Below, piece by piece: positions 25,083 to 37,200 of a stretch of DNA of 64,000 nucleotides. The position numbers were made by a program, and so were the translations under genes. The DNA comes from Octopus bimaculoides (taxonomy: Eukaryota). The stretch spans positions 119,466,778 through 119,530,777 of the forward strand of contig NC_068984.1 of assembly GCF_001194135.2 (NCBI RefSeq), written 5' to 3'. Within the stretch, counting starts at the first letter, position 1; each line of letters opens with the position of its first letter. The notes under the pieces are model-generated. The model was not told the origin of the DNA and searched no databases. It saw only the letters and a list, made by a program, of their open reading frames with translations.

Positions 25083-25202
25083 CTATCTTTGTTGGCGAGA
25101 TGCCTTAAATTTAGATATCCTTTTGGGTTGTTGAGTTTCATCTGGACTGGTACTGTTTTGGTTGATAGTTTCACTTTTTTCAATTACAGTACTGGTAAAT
25201 GC
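25083..25202 (-). CDS. URI1: URI1 last coding exon (AFTSTVIEK...KRISKFKASRQQR stop)
   Basis: tattctag acceptor; URI box; TAG at 25085-25083. Confidence 0.94.
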   Translation of the reverse strand, partial: AFTSTVIEKSETINQNSTSPDETQQPKRISKFKASRQQR

Positions 25203-28200
25203 CTAGAATAGTAAAAGAGAGAATTTAAGATTTATATGCTGCTTAGTATTAAATAAGGGAGGAAGATATGAAAAGGTACTGTATTTTTGTCTTACCTGGG
25301 GGGCTGGATAAGATCCTGAATTGGTTTGTTCGCTGGCAGAAGTCCTTTCAGAACCAGTTGTACTATAGGTTTCTTCCTTATTTGCAGACTGTTTGTCAGC
25401 GGTTCTTGATTTCAATATTGATTTTGGCTCTGATGGAAACATTTTATAAATGTCTGATGGACTGCAAATTGGAGATTTAACTTGCTCTGAAGTTGTATCC
25501 ATGAACTGTAGCTGAAAAAAAAAAAGTGTGTGGAAATAACATTCAACAGTGAGTCTTAGGTGATCCAAATTCAACTTCCAGCTGTAACTATGCTACGTGC
25601 CTAATTACCCCACAGGAAAAACCATGGATGTAGCAATTTTCTGTTGCCTTGAGTCTGCAAACTAACAACCAAAGTAAGTTGATCAAAATCTTGTGAGGAA
25701 TTCGATCCATACCTGCCAAGGAAAAGAAGGTAGTAAACTAACATCATTTGAGAAGCAGGTCACAGACATTCTTATCACATTGGCTGTACTAGAGAAAAAC
25801 TGAAGGTAATTTCCTTTTCATTCGATGCACCATTCTGGAAGTTCTGCAGGCTGCCCCGAAATTAAGGTTTATTTTGATTAATTTTTTACAATGACACCTC
25901 CAATCACCTAAGTTAGGCAATGTCAAGCCTACTTAGTACTTAGATGGGTGACTGCTTGGGGAAACCTAGGTGCAAGTGTAGCTGTTAAGAAGCTTGGTTC
26001 CAGCTTCAATGGCACTTTCAGCAAGTCTTTGGCTGACAATAGCCTTGACTGGGTTTGGCAGATGGAAACTCAAAGAAGCCTGTTGTATACATATCTGTGT
26101 TTGGTTATCAAGTGGTGATGGGGAATTGTTAGCGTCGCTGTATCTTAGTGGTTTGGCAAAAGACCAATAGAATAAGTACCAAGCTTTAAAAAAACAGAAA
26201 GGGAAACACGAGGGTCAATTCATTAAACTAAAATGTCAAAGCATAGCTGCAGTTTAATGACTGAAACAAATATGAGTTAATGTGAGATCTAGGGGATTAT
26301 AGAACTTGGGTCAGTGAATATGTCATCAGCCTGTACTGTGCCAAAATGTTTCTGAAATTACATTATCCAAAAAATCTTTATTGGTTGTATTTCATAATGG
26401 GCAGAGGACACTATGGAGGTACACTCTTGGTATGAAAAATTGGTAAAGATTATTGCTAGGAATATAGTACCACTGTTGTCAACTTAAAAATCCATACAAA
26501 AACTGTACAGGCACTGATTTATTATATTGCTTGAAAGGATGTCAGAATTCAATAAAACTTTCTGGCAGAGTTTTCTAGTGATGGCTTCTATACATAGTTG
26601 CTTAACCTAGTCTTAGTCAAATCTTTGGGATACTTCATTGCTTTCTATTAGGACAGGGTACATACACAAATGTCTTGGGTACACTCCACTTTCAATAACC
26701 AGGATTTAATTGTTTAATCAATTGCTTGAAGAGGATGAACCGGATTACTTGCTCACTGAATCAGCATGTAGATAGGCTGAGCATTCTACAGTCACATGTA
26801 TCCGTAAATGTAATTCTTGGGCAGAATTAGCGAAACAAGGATTTGAGAGATACAAACCAACAAGCTTCTGTAATTTTCATTCACTCAATGTATGGGGATA
26901 TCCAAGGCTGTAGAAAATGGTCCAAATTGTCATATAGTGAGATGAAGCCTTAGAGCCTCATAGTTGCAAAGCATCCTACCTATCCTTAATCAGAAGTGGT
27001 AATCATAGCTGGAGTACCTTTGATCACAGGTCTGGTCTATCAAGGCTGATCTGGAGCTAGAAATGAGTTTCAAACCACAATGAAAGCCAGACTCATTCTT
27101 TTAAAAGGGTACAGGTGTAACTAGTTCAGTTTGATTCCCAACCACATGGTTTCAGATTCAGTCCCACTGTGTGGTACCTTAGGCAAGTGTTTTCTATTAT
27201 AGCCCCAGGCCAATTAATGCCTTGTGAATGAATTTGATAGATGGAAACTGAAAGAAGCCCATCATATATGATGCATATATGAATGTCACTGCAGTGTCAT
27301 TTATTTCCAATAATCTGCAAAATCATGTCAGTTGATGGGAAACTATTATTTTGTAAAGGGAAAATATGTACAGCATGTATGAGGAAAAGGGGCCAGGAAG
27401 GAAATAATAAGTAGAGAGAATCATTGAAGGAAAGAGAAGTATAGGGACAGGCCAAAAGGAGGTGATAGGAAAGACGTTAGTGGGTAAGAGATGCTGCAGG
27501 GCACTATAGAAGTAGGAAGAAAAGCAGAAGAAGAGAGTGTGAATGCTGCAAAGCATGCCAGATGGAGACTGAGATAGGAGAACAGTGAGTGGATGCGTGT
27601 TGTTCGTCCGTTGGAACGACGAGGACCATCTGATCATCCTAGAGAGGGGTGGGGAGATGGCTAATAAGCCCAATCTGTGCTTGGAAAGATCTGCTACAGT
27701 AGGGACAGGTAATGGTAGCAGGTGCCAGGGGCTTCAAAGCATTGTTCTTTCTGTTCTGCCTGCGCTTCTCTGCAGCAGCTTTCCTGTCACTTTCATATTG
27801 GCGGGCACCGTTGTGAACAGCGGCCCGCCACTTGGTCCTATCTAAAACTGTCTGCTCCCATGATGACGGGTCAATATTGAAGGCCTTTAGTGATACCTTT
27901 AGGCTGTCTTTAAACTGTTTCCTCTGGCCGCCATGGGAGGGCTTGCCGTGCTGGAGTTCACCAAACAAAAGCTTCTTGGGTATTCTGTAGTCTGGCATGC
28001 GGGCTACATGACCAGCCCAGTGAAGCTGAGTTTTCATCAGGATGGTAGGGATGCTTGGGAGCCTGGCATGAGTAAGGACTTATGTGTCTGGTATCCTTTC
28101 CTGCCACCTTATGCCAAGTAGTTTCCTCAGCCTGGTGGTGTGGAAGTGATTTAGTCTTTTGGTGTGGCGTTGGTAGACGGTCCACGACTCACATCCATAG

Positions 28201-31200
28201 AGTACAACAGCTTTGTAGACCTTGATCTTTGTCATGGAGGTGATGCCTCTTCTGTCCCATACATTCTTGTGGAGTCTACCGAAGGCAGCACTTGCTTTGG
28301 CGAGTCTGGTGTTGATCTCATTGTCAATGACTACATTGTGGGAAAGCGTACTGCCAAGGTAGGTGAATTTGTCAACTGCATTGAGTCTTTGCCCATTGAT
28401 GGAAATGTTGGGTTCTACATATGGTTTTCCTGGCGCGGGTTGGTGCATCACCTCGGTCTTCTTTGTACTGATTGTGAGACCGAAGTTGTCACAGGCTTCC
28501 GAGAATATATCTGCACTGCGTTGCATGTTCGCCTCAGAGGTAGCGTTTAGGGTACAGTCATCAGCAAACAGAAAGTCATTGATTGTGTCTGATGTAACTT
28601 TGGATTTTGCTCGTAGCCTCCTGAGGTTGAAAACTGATCAAATATGTACCTGATTCCAATGCCCACATCAGCGTCTCCGAAGGCGTCCGTCAGCGTTGCA
28701 GAGAACATGAGGCTGAACAGGGTAGCAGCTAAAACACACCCCTGTTTTACTCCATTTGTGACTTCAAAAGGGTCAGAGGTCTCCCCACTATCTTGTACTC
28801 TGGCCAGCATTCCATCACGAAATTGGCGTGTGATGGCGATGAATTTTCTAGGACACCCATACTTTGCCATGATTCTCCAGAGGCCTTCTCTGCTTACAGT
28901 GTCAAAGGCTTTGGTCAGATCAACATAAGTGGAGTATAGATCCACGTTTTGTTCTTGGTACTTTTCTTGGAGCTGCCTGGCAGCAAACACCATATCAATA
29001 GTACTGCGATCCTTGCAGAATCCACATTGGCTCTCTGGTAAGAGGTCTTTTTCCAGATGAACTATGAGCCTGTTCAGCAGTACTCTGGCCAGTACCTTGC
29101 CTGCAATGGATAACAGGGATATCCCCCGATAGTTATCGCAGGCCTGGCAGTTTCCTTTATGCTTGTAAAGATGTATGATAGGCATCTTTGAAGTCTTGGG
29201 GGAGTACCTCCTCCTGCCAGATGAGGTGGAAAAGCTGTTGGAGTTTCTCAGTCAGGGTCCTGCCGCCCTCTTTATAGATCTCAGCTGGAATAGAGTCTGA
29301 GCCAGGCGCTTTCCCGGTGGACAACAGGCATATTGCTTTCTCAATTTCTTCGAGGGTTGGGAGTTCATCCATTTCCTTGTTTACAGTGTTTACTGAGTGG
29401 ATGCAGTGATGGCAAGAAAGGCTAGAGGACATTCTAGAGGTGTTAAGAATGAGCAGTGAGATAAGGGTAACCTACAGAGAGTATGTGCTGTGAGTGATGA
29501 AGAGGTAGAAGTCATAGAGGAAGAGGTGTAAAGTGAAGCTATATATATAAAATATATATAGGTATCTTCTGGGAAGGTAACAGTGATGGGGTAGGTGGTG
29601 TGGGCATACAGACTAGTCACTAATGACTTTAGACTTCAGGCCAGAAGGATGCCAAGAAGCAGAGCTATCTGGAAAAGAAGGATTTGGAAGCTTATGGACC
29701 CATCATATGGTCAGAGATTTAAAGACACCCTAATTGAGAAATTTGATGAGAGGGAGGAGGAACTAGACTTATAACATAGAGGGCAACTGGGAATTCCTGC
29801 AGGACAGCTTGCTGAGTGCCACAGACCAAATCTGCGGCTGGTGCAAAGTCCCATCCAGACCTAGGATGATGTGGTGATGGAACAATACTGCAGACAAGGC
29901 CATTAGAGCAAAGAAACAGGACTGGAAGTGTAGGGGTAGCCAGAAAGGAAGCTAGGAGACAGGTATGTCTAGCCAGGGGAGAGCAGAAAAGAAGTCTGCA
30001 ACATGAGGACCAGAGACTTGATGCATTTTGGATTGTAAATCAGTGTGTGAGAGAAAATCGTGAGGTCACAGGAGAGAAATGTGTCTGCATGGATGATGGT
30101 GCACTTGCATTTAATGATTTTACAAAGAGGCTTGGAAATGCCATTATGAAAGGCTGCTAAACGTGGAGAATGGGAGAAAAATCTGCTAAATGTTGACCTA
30201 ACTGAGGGACCAGCTATCCGAATCGAGAGTAGCTTGGTAGAAAAAGCGATGAAGGGCATTAAGATAAGCCCCTGGCCCATCAGGAAACACTGCTGAAATG
30301 CTTAAAATATCTGGCAGAGTAGGATATAGCCTAGTCACCCATATAGTTAATCGGGTTGTCTACGAGGGAGTCATACCTACCGATTGATGTAGTAGCATTA
30401 TAGTCAACTGCTGCAAAGGGTGATGACTTAGAAATAATTACAGAGCATCAAATTGCTGGACAAGGTGATGGAACAGAAAAGGTCATAGCTTAGTTAATTA
30501 GGAAGAGAGCCAGTGTAGATGAGATGCAGTTTGGATTTATGCCAGGCAGGAGCACAACTGATGCTATATTCCTGGTTAGGTGACTGCAGGAGAAATGTCT
30601 AGCCAAAAATTAACCCCTGTGCCTGGCTTTTGTCAACATGGAGAAAGCCTTTGACAGAGTCTCCTACTGCCTTATCTGGTGGTTAATGTGGAAGCTAGGG
30701 ATAAATGAGTGATTGGTGAGAGCTGTACAAGCCATGCACGGGGATGCTGTCAGTAAACTGGAGGTTAGCAACGATTATAGCAATGAATACACAAACATAC
30801 AAGCTCTGTAAAGTGGTTGGCATCAGAAAGAGCAGCCAGCTGTAAAAACCATGCCAATGATGACAGCAAGGCTTGGTGCAGTCCTTTGGCTAACAGCTCT
30901 TGTCAAACCATCCTGTCCATGCCAACATAGAAAACAGGCATTAAATGATGATGATGATATATCACAGCTTCTTAAACACCACACTTGTGTTAGAACGCAC
31001 TTCCATAGTACCACATACCACTTGTCATTTGCCATCTCTTCCATGCAAATTAGTATCCTCAGGTCAGCCTTCACCAGTTTGTCCTAGATGTTCCTTGGTC
31101 TTCCTCTTTCACAAGTTCCACTAACTTCAAGTGCTCAGCACTTTTGTATGCAGTAGTTATCCTTTCTATCCCTCACATGCTCATACCAGTGCAAATGATG

Positions 31201-34200
31201 TTTATACTTAGACTTTTTTTTGCATACTGAGCTAGGTGATTTCATTGAAGATACCAGTCTTAATACCAGATTCCTGTCTTCTTTCCTACTTACTAAAGCT
31301 TTAGTCTTTGCTTTGTTTATTGCCTCTCAATTCCTGGAATTTCTTCTCTAACTCCCCATTAGATTCAGGTATGAAGACTAGTTCATTAATATATAAGAGT
31401 TCCCGCAAACAGTCAGTCTTAAACTTGCTTGTGAAAAACTGCAGGACTATGATAAACACGAGAGGACTGAAGACTGTTTCTTGATGGACTCTTTACCTTC
31501 ACACTAAATTTGTGGCTGAAATCATTGTTGACTATCACACCACTTACTGCATCAGTGTACATAGTTTATACAGTCCTCACAAGCCATTAATCTATACCTA
31601 GTTTCCTTAGTGATCACCAAATTACTGAGTAAGGAACCTTGTCATACACCTTCTCCAAGTTAACAAATGTCAGGAATAATGGGTACTCTTAGCCAAGCAT
31701 GTCTCTACAGTTGCTTCACAAGAAATATTACATTTGTGGTACCTTTAACAGACATAAAACCAGACTGCGTCTCATCTAGATGAATTCTATTATGGACCAA
31801 CTATGTTATGACTCTCTCTCCATGACCTTCATAACTTGATCTAATAGTTTGACTCCTCTAAGGTATCCTCTCTGTAAGGTATCAATTTTGCTTTTGTAGC
31901 AGCTTACAATGAAAATGCTATGCCAGTCATTGCATGTGACACCTTTCTGTATTACTTGATTAACAATTCAGGTTCATGTACCTTTCTTCAAATATTTTCA
32001 TCATCCCCATGAGTATTCTGTTTTCCAGCCCTTCATTTCCTTTATCACTTTGGCTACCATGCTAGTTCCTTCATAGGGTCAGCATGAGGGAGCCCCTTTT
32101 TATCCCATGCATTCTCCATGTCCAACAGCTTTTCATAATTGCACTCCATACTACTTTCATGTCTTTCACATTGGTAGTAAGTGAGCCTTCACCACTCTCA
32201 TATACTTCTCACCAATGTCTCAGTTCTCTGAAACGTACTTTCTCACAATCATGAACACTTCAACCTCTCTGATCCTCACATGGCAGGATATGTACAAACC
32301 TCTCCCTTTCTCCCTCCCTCTTGGCTAAGTATACATATCTCCTAACTGCTGATCTGGCTATTTGATAACGCTCCCTAATATCACCTTCCTTCCATGTTTT
32401 CCAAGGCTGTCCCTTAACCTTTATTGCTCTATCAATTGTATCATTCCACCACTTTTGGGTTGGTTGAAACTTTGTACCAGCTGCATATCTGATCTGTAGC
32501 CCTAAGCAGGTAATCTTGTAAGAACTCCTGGTTATCATCTATACTACAGGTATATAAATCTTCCTCCCTAAAGTAATATGCCACAATTTCTCTAAAACTT
32601 ATGTCCAAATATAAGTTCTTTTACCTTTCCTATCTTTTTTCTCCATATAATCTTCTGTCTGAGTCTACCTAACTTTGACCCTGAAATCACTAGCCATTAA
32701 TCTATGATGGATAGTGCATTCTTTGCCAGGAAAGGTTTCAATATGTATAAAAGCCCATTTGTCCAATTTACTGTTAAGAATGAAATCTCACAGGCTCTAA
32801 TATTTATTAACTCTGAATATTAAATGTTGATTAACAACCCCATATCATGCAAAAAGTTGGAGAAACAATTCTTACCTTTTCAACTTTTGGTTTTACTGGA
32901 GAATGAGAAAACTTTATGACAAGACAATTTTCTTCATTTTTACATTCTGTTGCATCATCATCCATATCTGAGTTACTGTTTACATCCTCTTCACTACTAC
33001 TTTTCTTTTCATCAGTCCAGTGTACAGACTTTTTAATTCGAACATGAGCTTCTTTAGCATCTTTTGCATTTAAGTTGCAATCTTCAGGTGAAGCTGAAGG
33101 TGGTTCTTGGACTGCTTCCTGAAAAAATTCTTCTGTTCTAGAAGAGAAAAATGTAGGTGGATGTGATTTATTTTCAAAAGACATTTATTTTATTATCTTA
33201 TTAAGGTAAGATAGACACTGAAAAAATAAAACAGAACCGGAAGACCCGGCAAGCCAAGTAAGATCGTTGCCAGTGCCCATGGACTGGCTCTTGTGCGGGT
33301 GGCACATAAGATGCACCATTTTGAGCGTGGCCGTTGCCAGTACCGCCTGACTGGCCTCCGTAGGATTTTCGAGCGAGATCGTTGCCAGTGCCCCTGGACT
33401 GGCTTGTGCGGGTGGCACATAAAAGACACCATTCCGAGCGTAGCCGTTGCCAGTATCGCCTGACTGGCCTTCATGCAGGTGACACATAAAAGCACCTACT
33501 ACACTCTCTGAGTGGTTGGCGTTAGGAAGGGCATCCAGCTGTAGAAACTCTGCCAAATTTAGATTGGAGCCTGGTGTTGCCATCCGGTTTCACCAGTCCT
33601 CAGTCAAGTCGTCCAACCCATGCTAGCATGGAAAGCGGACGTTAAACGATGATGATGATGATGCAACTGATAAAGATCAGAGGAGAACTCTTGTCTGATG
33701 CACAAGCATGTGATGCACAAAATCAGATGAACTGAAAAACTGATTAAGATATTTTATATTATTTGCCTCTTGAAAAATACATCATAAATAAATGTATTTT
33801 TCCTATAAGAATCACTTAACAATTTTTTTTATAATTTCTCAATAAAAACATTCAATTGATTCTTAATCAATTCTGAACAGATTTATAATTCATCAATAAT
33901 GAGAAAAAGTAAAAAGAACAATCATTATGTATGAAAAAAAAAAAGTCAAAAAGGTCTATTAACTTTTATAAACAAGTGGAATGTAATAAATTTCTTACTC
34001 AAGTTCATTCCTTTCACTTTCTTGATTTTCTAGTTCTTCAAGACGATCCCAAAACGCTTGGTCATCTTCAGCTTTGTTCTTTTCAGATTTCATTTTATCT
34101 TCCTTTAACTTTTCTCTATACTTCTTGATGTTTTCTTTGTGCTGAACTATAAAAAGATTTGGATAACAATTATACTATACAGGCACAGGAGTGGCTGTGT

Positions 34201-37200
34201 GGTAAGTAGCTGGCTTACTAACCACATGGCTCCGGATTCAGCCTTGTGAGTGGATTTGGTAGATGGAAACTGAAAGAAGCCCGTCGTATATATGTGTATG
34301 TGTGTGTATGTGTCTGTCTGTCCCCCACAACATCGCTTGACAACCGATGCTGGTGTGTTTATGTCCCTGTAACTTAGCAGTTCGGCAAAATATACTGATA
34401 GAGTAAGTACTAGGCTTACAAAGAATAAGTCCTGGGGTTGATTTGCTCAACTAAAGGTGGTGCTCCAGCATGGCCGCAGTCAAATGACTGAAACAAATAA
34501 AAGAATGTACTGTCATTATATACATACATACAGATATATTGTGTTGAGCCAAACGTTTTGCAATATTTTGGTAACTTATTTAATTTATTTGTCAAGTTAC
34601 AACAAAAGCAGCCTAGCATTCAAAGTAGAGGTGATTGTGTTGCACTGTCTGAAGTCACCTTTCTGCCAGTTCTTTGAGCCCATGCTGATACCAGTTCTTG
34701 TCCTTTGAGGCAAAGGACACTTTCACTGAAGCTTCCATCTCCTCTCGGTTAATGAAGCATTGTGAGTGCTGGAAGTGAGTCATGGATCAGAGGAAGTAAT
34801 AATCCAAGGGAGATAGGTCCAGACTATATGCTGTTTGATTTCCTGAAATTTCTGGAGTTTATTCCAGGTCATTCAAGTGGTGTGAGTTCTTGTGTTGTCT
34901 TACTGTAGAAGAGTTCACTTTCCGTTAACCAATACTGGGTATTTTTTTCCACACAATGGCAAACATCCACTTCAGTTGCTCGGAGTAGAGGTTAGCGTTG
35001 GTGGTTTGACCATCCAAAAAAAAAACTCATAATGAATTATCCCCTCATAATTCCACCAGACACAGATCATTGCCTTGTGTTCGAAATGCCCATATTTGGT
35101 GACAGGTTCTGGAAGCTGGTCCTTGCTTAACCACTGCTTATGCATGATAGGATTGCAAAAAAATATCACCCTCAGATTATTACTTTTGATTCATGGCTTG
35201 CAATGTTTCATCAACTAGGATGAGCTGGAAGCTTCAGTGAAGGAATTCTTCACCTCAAAGGACAAAAGCTGGTATCAACATAGGATCAAAGAACTGGCAG
35301 AAAGCTGGCTTCAAACAGTACAACACAATGGTCTCTACTTTGAATGCTAGGCTGCTTTTGTTGTAACTTGATGAATAAAACAAATAAGTTACCAAAATAT
35401 TACAAAGATTGTGACTCAACACAATATTGTTATTATTCTAGTATTCACTTTTCTATGATTGTGTGGGTCAGATGAAATTTGTTGAAGCAGATTTTCTACT
35501 GCCAAATGTCATTCCTGTAGCCAACCATCACCTACTTCCAAGTAAGATAATATTTCCCCATGTCCAAAATTGAGGGGGGGGGGGGAAATCACTTGGATAA
35601 TAGTGATACTTGTTTACATCTATCACATGATGTCAAGACAAAGAAACACATACACATGTGCAATTAGCTGCTTTCAGTTTCCATCAACCAAATCCACTCA
35701 TAAGGTTTTGATTAGCCCTGGGTTATAATAGAAGAGTCTTGCTCAAGTTGTCATGTAATGAGACTGAACCAAAACTACATGGTTGGAAAACGAAGTTCTT
35801 AATTGCACACATGTATGTATATGTGTGTGTATATATAGACAGACAGACAGATAGATAGATAGATACACACATATATGTATATATATACACACATACACAC
35901 ACAGAGCACAATTTATAATCTAACTCAAAGTGACACTGTCTATGCAGTGTGAGTTTTGTCAGTATAAACCTGTACAATGGTGCCACTTGGATTAAATATC
36001 ACACCCTTTGATAAAAGATTTCATTCTAAGTCAGTATTGCACTATAGGTAACCACACACACTAGATATGCAGAAGTGTAGATAAGAATTCTATACTGTGT
36101 ACAAAGCCTTTAAGAAGGGACTTCAACTAATACATTAGTCTAGGCTCAAAAAAAATGCCATGGAATGGCATGTGAATGTCCCCTCAAAAAAAGTAACCCT
36201 TGCAGCTCCTTTTTTTTTAAGTGTATTAAAGAAAGTAACTTTGGGAACCTAAAACTAGTTATTTTTAGTTTCTTGTAATGGAACAGATCTTTACATGTGT
36301 GTGAAAGATAGAGGGGAAAGTATATGTGTGCTGCAACTAGCTTTGAAAAAAGACTCAGCCACTAAAAGGATGAGTTCTTTGGAGCAGGCAACGATTCTAT
36401 AAATAGCTTAGAAAGACTGCAGTTTCAGAATCATTATAATAAGTTATACCGTTTTGTTAGTATTTAGAAGAACACTGGCTTAGTGTAGATTGTTGCTGGG
36501 TTTCATCAGAGATAGCTCCAAATAACTATGTATCTTGCATGCTTTAAGAGTTATTTGAGTATATTTACATTCCTATAATACAAACCTATGTTGGCTTAGC
36601 ATTATCTGCAGAGTGAGATAAGGCAGGAAATTTAGTTATTGCTTACCTAGGGCCCACTGCTCATTTATGTGTGCTCAATATATTAATTATAAACAATGTA
36701 TGGTTGTAACATTTTTCACACAAGCTCTCACTTTCCTCTCTCTATAAGTAAATATGCAGTGACAAATTACCAGTCCTTGTTCTGTGGTGGTAACTTGTGT
36801 ACATAGACTGTTTGGTATTTGTTCTGGCCAAGTTGCACAGACAATTCAATGTCCATTTTCCATCAAAAGGGCAATGAACCACTGATTGGCCCCCTTGGAA
36901 ACCTTAACCAATGACACTACTTTTCATCAAATATAATACAAAATATACAGGCAGATGTTTTAATGCAGTTCAGAATCTGGTATGCACTCATGCATACTGG
37001 ATGCAGAATGTGCTTTAGCATAGAGGTTCCCAGATCTTTAAGAATTAACTTAGCCATCATCATTTTACTTCCTCATTGCCATATCAGCATGGGTCAAGTG
37101 AGTTTTACAATCAGAAACCCACCTTTCCTGTCACCAACCTTTTTGGTCATCTCTTATGACATGCAGGGACACAATGTAACTACTCTTGAATGAGGATACA

